Assembly: GCA_965220245.1 (NCBI GenBank)
Contig: CBDCPI010000008.1
Span: 265,264-329,263, forward strand
Origin: Dehalococcoidia bacterium
Lineage (GTDB): Bacteria > Chloroflexota > Dehalococcoidia > Lucifugimonadales > UBA3495
Length of the DNA stretch: 64,000 nucleotides
Direction of reading: 5' to 3'
A program made the position numbers and the translations under genes. The notes beneath the pieces were generated by a model, which was not told the origin of the DNA, did not search any database, and saw only the letters and a list, made by a program, of their open reading frames with translations. Shown in pieces: positions 8,823-15,410 of the stretch (position 1 is its first letter; each line of letters begins with the position of its first letter).

Positions 8823-9365
8823 TCAGTAATAGCCGCCGGTCACTTCTTGTAAGGCAGCCCGGTAATATTCATATGCCCGGTGGCTAAAGCAGACGAAAGT
8901 TACCCGTTCAATCGCGGCCTCGGCCTTTAGGATGGCCGTAGTTTCGGACAAGGCGATCCGGGTGGCCCGCTCCAGGGGAAACCTGTAAGCTCCGGTGCTG
9001 ATGGCCGGGAAGGCGATGGTGCGAATTTGGCACCGCACCGCCAACTCCATACAGCTTTGGGAGCACCGGGCCAGCAACTGGTTCTCCCCTTGATCGCTGT
9101 CCTGCCAGACGGGGCCAACGGTGTGGATAACGTATTTGGCGGGCAGGTCCCACCCTTGGGTAATTTTGGCTTCACCGGTGGGACAGCCGCCCAGCCTGCG
9201 GCACTCCTCCAGCAATTTCGGTCCCGCCGCCCGGTGGATGGCCCCGTCCACGCCCGCGCCTCCTAGAAGGGAACTATTGGCGGCGTTTACCACGGCGTCA
9301 ACCTGCTGTGCTGTGATGTCACCTTGGACTATTTCTACCCGGTCCCGCATTCGCTTCTCCGCCAT
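8823..9365 (-). CDS. Macro-domain protein (O-acetyl-ADP-ribose deacetylase/YmdB-like)
   Basis: IVQGDITAQQVDAVVNAANSSLLGGAGVDGAIHRAAG. The start was trimmed to the ATG at 9365 because the first 35 codons of the track ORF translate a repeat element. Confidence 0.8.
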   Translation of the reverse strand: MAEKRMRDRVEIVQGDITAQQVDAVVNAANSSLLGGAGVDGAIHRAAGPKLLEECRRLGGCPTGEAKITQGWDLPAKYVIHTVGPVWQDSDQGENQLLARCSQSCMELAVRCQIRTIAFPAISTGAYRFPLERATRIALSETTAILKAEAAIERVTFVCFSHRAYEYYRAALQEVTGGYY

Positions 9366-9403
9366 AGGCCCTAACGTTTCTATGGAACTGTTCAGACTTG
9401 ATA

Positions 9404-9502
9404 CGTCATTCCGGCCTTGAGCCGGAATCCATAAGCGTTTGCAACCAGCAAAGTTCCTTTTCCCTGGCATTTCTGGATTCCCGCCTGCGCGGGAATGACG
9501 GG
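9404..9502. repeat. Hairpin-pair element, compact copy
   Basis: It runs from cgtcATTCCGGCcttgaGCCGGAATcc through gtttgcaacc and ttccttttcc to ggATTCCCGCctgcGCGGGAATgacgg. Same family as 5371-5515. A solo aactgttcagacttga TIR lies next to it at 9386-9401. Confidence 0.55.
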
Positions 9503-9575
9503 AGGAGCCGATTAAGATATTTACTCAAGCATCAGTAAATGAAGCAATTCCGCTCAGGGTGAGCGGCGCCGGGAC

Positions 9576-10178
9576 CTAAACCAACTGGAAGTGGGCCTCG
9601 GTGGGGATGCAAGCCTCGCCGTTGATCGGGACCATGTCCTGTGGACAGGCGGAAAAAGCCACTACACAGTCCATCTCCGCGCGCAACACTATATAGTCTC
9701 CCGGCTTGGAGGGTGGCGGCTCAAAAGTCAGTGTGCCGTCGGCGCCCACTGGAATGTTCATAAAGAGGTTCCACGGACTGGGAGTTTCCGGCGCCGCAAG
9801 ACCTAATTCGGCCAACGCCGCTGCCAGATTGTCGGTGCAGTTGTCGTGGTACTCGATACAACCCAACTGCTCATACCGGTACCGGTCGCAAGCCGCCAGC
9901 AACGTATCGTGGATACCCGGAGACGAGTCCTCCACTACGGTTAGAATGGCCCGACGATGATTAGTGACCATACTGTCGCTGACGCTCGCCATCAGCTTCG
10001 CCAAGGCAGTCCGGCTGTGTTCCATGGACATAAATTCCGCCATTAGGTGATGGTTGAACACCCAAGTGTCGATCACCTGCTGGCCGTGGGTGTTTACTAC
10101 CTTGACCTGTTGCCCGGAGCTAAGGGCGACCGCCTTACCTCTCCGGGCCGGAATCGTGATGAGCGGAGATTCAGCCAT
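9576..10178 (-). CDS. DUF1989 (urea-carboxylase-associated) family protein
   Basis: 200 aa. The pattern VVNTHGQQV ... DNCTDNL ... VVAFSACPQD is typical of DUF1989. Confidence 0.65.
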   Translation of the reverse strand: MAESPLITIPARRGKAVALSSGQQVKVVNTHGQQVIDTWVFNHHLMAEFMSMEHSRTALAKLMASVSDSMVTNHRRAILTVVEDSSPGIHDTLLAACDRYRYEQLGCIEYHDNCTDNLAAALAELGLAAPETPSPWNLFMNIPVGADGTLTFEPPPSKPGDYIVLRAEMDCVVAFSACPQDMVPINGEACIPTEAHFQLV

Positions 10179-10197
10179 TATGGACGCCTTCTAACCA

Positions 10198-10446
10198 CTA
10201 TAAGCCCAACCTGCGTAAGTCTTCCTCCGTCCAGCTTGCCTGTTCCTGCAGCATAATTCTCAGCAGCCGGATTGAGAAAGTGTCTCCGGAACGATGGTAG
10301 GAAACAGTAACCAATCTACCATCGTTGTGATAGTAGTGCTGATGACTACCCTTCTGCCTAATCAACTCAAACCCGTCCCTGCGAAGTGCACGGATAATTT
10401 GGCGGGCGCTCAATGATCGCAGTCGCGAGAAATCAATCTCGCTCAT
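10198..10446 (-). CDS. hicA: HicA-family type II toxin (mRNA interferase)
   Basis: 82 aa with RALRRDGFELIRQKGSHQHYYH. Overlaps hicB by 4 nt. Confidence 0.75.
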   Translation of the reverse strand: MSEIDFSRLRSLSARQIIRALRRDGFELIRQKGSHQHYYHNDGRLVTVSYHRSGDTFSIRLLRIMLQEQASWTEEDLRRLGL

Positions 10447-10685
10447 ACAGTTACAGCGATCCGTTCCTCCGGCAGCAAGACCATCTCATCCGGCGCCTGC
10501 GGAATAGTCATGCCAAGTTCAATCATGCTTTCGAGAACCATCTCAAGCACTTCTTGGATGTTTTTGAATGCCTCTTCGCGGGTGTAGCCCCAAGTGGCAG
10601 CGCCCTGTTTTACCAGCGCTGGACAGAGCGCAATCCAACGATCCTCATCAGGTTCTACCATCACGCGAAACTGATAGGTTTTCAT
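10443..10685 (-). CDS. hicB: HicB-family antitoxin
   Basis: 80 aa. The opening YQFRVMVEPDEDRWIALCPAL ... GYTREEAFKNIQEVLEM is HicB-like. Confidence 0.7.
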   Translation of the reverse strand: MKTYQFRVMVEPDEDRWIALCPALVKQGAATWGYTREEAFKNIQEVLEMVLESMIELGMTIPQAPDEMVLLPEERIAVTV

Positions 10686-10710
10686 CGCAATTCACTTCCG
10701 GCGCGACTAA

Positions 10711-11657
10711 GCGCCTATCCTAAAAACAGAATTCGAGCTAAACTAGTGGTATGACGAAAGCGAAGGAACCCAAGCCGCCACGACCGAAGCGCGCCGGCCC
10801 AGCGGCGCCGGTCAACCCCACCACCGGCTCCTTTCAGGTATCCGATGAACTGTGGGAAGTGCTGGCCCCGTTGCTTCCCCGGCGGGTGAACACTCATCCC
10901 CGGGGCGGAGGCCGTCCCCGGGTCCCGGACCGGACCTGCGCCAACGGCATATTCTACGTGCTGCGCACCGGCTGCCAATGGAAAGCCCTGGATGCCACGG
11001 GCATTTGCTCCGGATCCACCGCCCATCTGCGCTTCCAGGAGTGGGCCGCCGCCGGGGTGTTCCTGGAGCTGTGGCGGGCGGGCCTGCAAGAGTACGATGA
11101 ATTGAAGGGTCTGGACTGGAGTTGGCTGAGCATGGACGGGGCGATAACCAAATCCCCCCTGGGCGGGAAAAAAACCGGCCCCAACCCCCACGGACCGGGG
11201 CAAGAGCGGGGTCAAACGCAGTCTGTTGACCGAAGCTGAGGGCATCCCGGTGGGGCTGGCGGTGGACGGAGCCAACCGCCACGACATGAAACTGGTGCGG
11301 GCTACGCTGGACAGTTTCCCGGTGCCGCGCCCGGCGCCCACTCCGGAGCGTCCCCAAGGTCTGTGCCTGGACAAGGGCTATGACTATGAGGAGGTGCGCC
11401 GAACCCTGGAGGAATTCGGCTTCACCGCCCACATCCGCAGCCGGGGCGAGGAGGCCCAGGCCATCAAAGCCCAGGCCATCAAAAAGGAGGCTGGCTTCAA
11501 AGCCCGGCGCTGGGTGGTGGAACGCACCCACAGTTGGATGAACCGCTTCCGGCGCATTCTGGTGCGCTGGGACAAGTTTCCCAGAAACTACATCGCCTTT
11601 CTTCATTTCGCCTGTGCCCTTATTGCTTTCAGGGCTGCCGGATTATTAGGATAGGCT
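10711..11657 (+). mobile_element. IS5-family (IS427/IS1031-like) insertion sequence, copy 1
   Basis: Imperfect TIR GCGCCTATCCTAA / TTAGGATAGGCT. CTAA direct repeats at 10707-10710 and 11658-11661. The transposase is in two frames: orfA 10751-11239 (ELWEVLAPLLP ... GIFYVLRTGCQWKALD) and orfB, in the +1 frame, running to 11654. Near-identical to 59218-60164. Confidence 0.85.
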
Positions 11658-11661
11658 CTAA

Positions 11662-11806
11662 TATTACAACGACGCTTCCTCAATTTGGTCAGGCATTGGC
11701 CGGAAATCACGCCGCGGAAGGCAAGGCAACCAAGCTGTCAAGCATGTGGGCAGGTCGCCATGAAGAAGTCCTCAAGGTCCTATTCTTGTGAACCGTCGTT
11801 GTAATA
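11662..11806. mobile_element. MITE derived from the IS701-family element (same TIRs, no transposase)
   Basis: 145 bp. The ends tattacaacgacg / cgtcgttgtaata are identical to the TIRs of the IS at 51973-53430. Flanked by CTAA at 11658-11661 and 11807-11810. Confidence 0.7.
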
Positions 11807-11864
11807 CTAAGAGGGTGTGTGAAATAGGGTGTTAAGTTGGCTTGAGGCTATTGTCACACACCCT

Positions 11865-12752
11865 TTAAGACTTTTGCCGGGGATGGCGGCTGGCGAAGTC
11901 GTCTGCGATTTGGTCGAAGGTGCGGAACTCGACTCCGGGGTGGTTCCTAATATAGTTGGTCAACCGCTCCAGCATTAGCAAGACCTGGGGGCGTCCACTG
12001 ACGTCGGGGTGGATGGTGATCGGGAAGACGGCCTCGTCGTACTCCCGGTATACATAATCGAACTGGTCCCGCCAGATCTCCTCGATGTCCCTCGGGTTGA
12101 CGAAGCCGTGGCTGTTGGGCGACTTTTTGATGAACATCATGGGCGGCAGGTCATCCAGGTACCAGTTGGCGGGGATTTCGATTAAGTCAGTCTCCCGGCC
12201 TCGAACCAAGGCCCTCATCCAATAGTCGGCCGGTTCGGAATAGTCGATCTTGGTCCACTGGTCACCTACGCGCACGTAATAGCACTCAAAGTCCTTGTGC
12301 ATCAGGCTATGGTCATACTTGATGCCGTGCTTTAACAGCAGTTCATTAGTGACGTGGCTGAACTCCCACCAAGGGGCAACGTAACCGGTGGGCCGACGGC
12401 CGGTCAACCGGGTAACCAGGTCGATGCACCGGGTCAACACCGCCTCTTCCTGCTCGGGCGTCATGGCTATCGGGTTCTCGTGGGAGTAGCCGTGCAGTCC
12501 CACCTCGTGCCCGCCATCGACAATCATCCGGGCTTGCTGGGGAAAGGTCTCTATGGAGTGGCCCGGTATGAACCAGGTGGTCTTGATCCCCAGTTTGTCA
12601 AAGAGCTTGAGCAAACGCGGTGTCCCGACCTCTCCGGCAAACATGCCGCGGGAAATATCGTCGGGAGAGTCCTCGCCTCCGTAGGACCCGAGCCACCCGC
12701 CGACTGCATCAAGGTCTATGCCAAAAGCGCATAGAATCTGCTTGCTAGTCAT
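11865..12752 (-). CDS. Polysaccharide deacetylase (NodB-homology) family protein, PuuE-allantoinase-like
   Basis: 295 aa with FIPGHSIE and GLHGYSHE motifs. A 10-bp inverted repeat (gggtgtgtga / tcacacaccc) lies just downstream at 11813-11864. Confidence 0.7.
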   Translation of the reverse strand: MTSKQILCAFGIDLDAVGGWLGSYGGEDSPDDISRGMFAGEVGTPRLLKLFDKLGIKTTWFIPGHSIETFPQQARMIVDGGHEVGLHGYSHENPIAMTPEQEEAVLTRCIDLVTRLTGRRPTGYVAPWWEFSHVTNELLLKHGIKYDHSLMHKDFECYYVRVGDQWTKIDYSEPADYWMRALVRGRETDLIEIPANWYLDDLPPMMFIKKSPNSHGFVNPRDIEEIWRDQFDYVYREYDEAVFPITIHPDVSGRPQVLLMLERLTNYIRNHPGVEFRTFDQIADDFASRHPRQKS

Positions 12753-12957
12753 GGCCTCTCCTTACTTCCTCATCCGGCGCCCAACTTGGAGGAAGCCCTG
12801 CAACTCCGGACCCGGCGTGTGTGAGTCCGCCCAAGGAGGTTTCCAGTTTCTTCTTCAGGTTCTTCAGGGCTGGCGACTACAGTCCGGTTATCCAAGACGC
12901 TTAGTCGCGCCGAGTGTAGCAGCGGCCCCAAATTCGCGTCAAGGAATTAAGCTTTAG

Positions 12958-13059
12958 GTAACAGTTCAGAGTTGATGGTCTCACTGATACGGAACCGCTC
13001 ACCCTGAGCGCAGCGCAGCGGAGTCGAAGGGCCGATTCCCCTCAAGTCTGAACAGTTAC
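12958..13059. mobile_element. 102-bp MITE with TIR GTAACAGTTCAGA and an 8-bp target-site duplication
   Basis: TIRs are gtaacagttcagagttga and tcaagtctgaacagttac. AGCTTTAG occurs on both flanks (12950-12957 and 13060-13067). A second, inverted copy lies at 39782-39883. Confidence 0.7.
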
Positions 13060-13151
13060 AGCTTTAGGCTCCGGGGCCTTTTCAACAACTTTAATCTACT
13101 TATAATACCGGTGTAAGGCGTTTAAGCCCTTTCAACTCTGAAGGAGCAACA

Positions 13152-14135
13152 ATGGAATACCGTACGTTGGGTAGGACCGGGTTGAACCTATCCCAAGTCG
13201 CTTTTGGTTGTGGAGACGTGGGCGGTCTAATGGTGCGGGGAGAACCGGCGGAGCAGGCGCGGGCGGTTGCCCGGGCGCACGAGTTGGGCATCAATTACTT
13301 TGATACTGCGCCTTCCTACGGCAATGGCCTATCCGAGACCAACCTTGGCCTGGCCCTAAAGGAGCTTAACGCCGAGGTGTACGTCGGGACCAAGGTGGGT
13401 CTGACGCTGAACGACCGGCAAGACATACGCGCTGGCATCTTCAATTCAATGGACCGCAGTCTGCAACGCTTGGGCATGGACAGCGTGGACTTGATTCAAC
13501 TGCACAACCGCCTGCGGGCTACCCCCGACGGGAATCAGCCCGACTTGACCGCCGAGGAGGTCTTGGGCCAAGTCGTCGAGGCATTTCAGGACTTGCGTAC
13601 TCAAGGCAAGGTCCGGTACTTCGGCCTTACCGGATTGGGGGATACCGGGACGCTGCACCAAGTGATTGACGCTCAGGCCTTAGACACCGTTCAGGTCTGC
13701 TATAACCTGCTTAATCCCTCCGCAGGGAACAGCGTCCCGGAAGGGTATTACGGGCAAGACTACGGCAGGCTAATAGACCGGGCGGCGGCCAATGGGACCG
13801 GAGTAATCGGCATCAGAATCATGGCGGCCGGCGCTCTCAGCGGAGTCAGCGACCGCCATCCGGTTGCTATTCCGTCGGTTGCCCCGATCGGCACCGGCCC
13901 GGACTATGCTGAAGACGTGCGCCGGGCCTCCCGTTTCCGGTTTATGGTGGACGATGGCACTGTCGAAAGCCTGGTCGAAGCCGCACTCCGTTTTGTACTC
14001 AGCAAACCGGGACTGACTACCGCACTGTTAGGACTGTCTAGTTTGGAGCAGTTGGAGCAAGCGGTCCGGTGGGCCCAAAAGGGCCCATTACCGGCTTCCG
14101 CCCTGCAGCGAGTTATCCAAGAAGGCCCTGAATAG
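13152..14135 (+). CDS. Aldo/keto reductase
   Basis: 327 aa. The pattern MEYRTLGRTGLNLSQVAFG ... GINYFDTAPSYGNG is AKR-like. GAAGGAG ribosome-binding site. Confidence 0.85.
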   Translation: MEYRTLGRTGLNLSQVAFGCGDVGGLMVRGEPAEQARAVARAHELGINYFDTAPSYGNGLSETNLGLALKELNAEVYVGTKVGLTLNDRQDIRAGIFNSMDRSLQRLGMDSVDLIQLHNRLRATPDGNQPDLTAEEVLGQVVEAFQDLRTQGKVRYFGLTGLGDTGTLHQVIDAQALDTVQVCYNLLNPSAGNSVPEGYYGQDYGRLIDRAAANGTGVIGIRIMAAGALSGVSDRHPVAIPSVAPIGTGPDYAEDVRRASRFRFMVDDGTVESLVEAALRFVLSKPGLTTALLGLSSLEQLEQAVRWAQKGPLPASALQRVIQEGPE

Positions 14136-14161
14136 GACCGGCCCTCCTGACCAAGACCCGA

Positions 14162-14578
14162 TTATGCCGAAGCGGCCAAGCCGACAGCCTCGATACCCGC
14201 TCTGGCCGCATCCTCGTCTTCCTGGGCGGTCCCGCCGCTGCCACCTACCGCCCCCACCAACTCGTTGCCCCGGTAAACGGGCAGGGCTCCTTGGCCGGGG
14301 ATCATGTGCCCGCCTTCCATGGCCATCAGCCCGCGAAAGACCGGCGCTTGGGCGTTTTCCGTTAAGTCGCCGCTGGGCCGTCCAAAGCAGGCCGCGGCTA
14401 CCGCCTTGGCGCGGGAGATTGGCGGAGTCCGCCAGGACGCTCCGTCGGTCCGGAACATTGCTATCAAGTCACCCCTGGGGTCTACGACTGATACGCTCAT
14501 CCTAGCGCCCATTTCCAAGACCTTGGCTTTGGCCGCCACCAGAATCTGCTCCGCTTCTGCCAGTGTCAACGATGCCAT
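14162..14578 (-). CDS. GlcG/HbpS-like (DUF336) haem-binding protein
   Basis: 138 aa. The C-terminal region GNELVGAVGGSGGTAQEDEDAARAG is typical of DUF336. Confidence 0.7.
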   Translation of the reverse strand: MASLTLAEAEQILVAAKAKVLEMGARMSVSVVDPRGDLIAMFRTDGASWRTPPISRAKAVAAACFGRPSGDLTENAQAPVFRGLMAMEGGHMIPGQGALPVYRGNELVGAVGGSGGTAQEDEDAARAGIEAVGLAASA

Positions 14579-14675
14579 CGACTATCCTCCAATTCCACTT
14601 ATAAACTATCTCAAATCATAGCCTGAGTGGGATTCCGCGTTACGCAAAGATAGGCAGGCGCATCACGCCATGAGA

Positions 14676-15407
14676 TTAGGGGAGAACCTCCAGAGAGGGG
14701 CCGGAGAGAGCCGCGTCTTTGACGGTGTAGCTGCCCGGAGTTTTTTGGGTAATGATGTCCAACAATGATGCAGCGTCGTGAGCTGCGACGCTCTCCAAGC
14801 CCAAACGGGTGCTGGAGTTCACTTCTCCGATCACCTTGAAGGTGATCGTAGCCACCGCGCCGTTGCCGCTGATACCATTCGCGTCAACCACCGCCGCCCA
14901 GACTGCCCCCGGTGTCTGGGTGCTGGCCTCCAAGAGAGCCGCCCCAGCCAGTGGACCCGGTTCTACGGTGAGGACTTGCAGCACAGCGGGGTCGTAGACC
15001 AACACAAACTCCAGGCTGCCTATGTTCTTCGCACCCTCCAGATGGACCGGTACCGCGATCTCCGCAGGGAGTACGGGAGTCGGCTCTGGCGTAGGAGTGG
15101 GTGATGGGTCCAGTGCCGGGGGTTTGGTAGGCGCCGGTATGGGTGTTGGCGCCAGAGTTGGGGTAGGACTAGGCGCCGGAGTGGGGCTGGGAGTTGCGGT
15201 CGAGGTCAACGTTGGGGTAACCTCCGCATTAGCCGCCGCCGGTGGGGAACCCGGTGGGCTGGCCGCACCGGCATCGCCGCCGCCAATCACGCCCGAAGCG
15301 TATAGGGAGACGGCCAGTACGCCGGCGATGACCATACCGCCCAATATCCATTTGTAGTTGCTAGTTATCGCAATCCAGGCTACGCTCAGGTACCACTTCA
15401 TACCCAC
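14676..15407 (-). CDS. Membrane-anchored cohesin-domain protein with a Pro/Thr linker
   Basis: It has an N-terminal TM segment, then a PT-rich linker (TPSPTPAPSPTPTLAPTPIP), then a cohesin-like module (VPVHLEGAKNIGSLEFVLVYDPAVLQV ... ATITFKVIG). It starts 4 nt after the upstream gene's stop. An alternative ATG lies at 15401. Confidence 0.6.
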   Translation of the reverse strand: MGMKWYLSVAWIAITSNYKWILGGMVIAGVLAVSLYASGVIGGGDAGAASPPGSPPAAANAEVTPTLTSTATPSPTPAPSPTPTLAPTPIPAPTKPPALDPSPTPTPEPTPVLPAEIAVPVHLEGAKNIGSLEFVLVYDPAVLQVLTVEPGPLAGAALLEASTQTPGAVWAAVVDANGISGNGAVATITFKVIGEVNSSTRLGLESVAAHDAASLLDIITQKTPGSYTVKDAALSGPSLEVLP

Positions 15408-15410
15408 ACC

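Noticed and set aside
5196-9502. The possibility that the short repeated hairpins form a CRISPR array.
   Set aside because: The repeats are self-complementary and occur in both orientations. They are separated by genes or irregular distances, and they have no constant-length unique spacers or cas genes.
11168-11174. The A7 run as the programmed frameshift site of the IS427-like element.
   Set aside because: orfB is in the +1 frame, not -1. The conserved TGPNP|TDRGK junction lies downstream of the A7 run, at the C5 run.
10812-11606. Long antisense ORFs opposite real genes or transposases. Examples are 10812-11606, 59269-60063, 44890-45639, 50665-51417, 55295-56047, 52157-53182, 30393-31658, 27697-28392 and 34988-35653.
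   Set aside because: These are typical GC-rich shadow frames. They have Arg/Pro/Gly-rich low-complexity composition and no ribosome-binding sites, and they fully overlap genes with clear family motifs.
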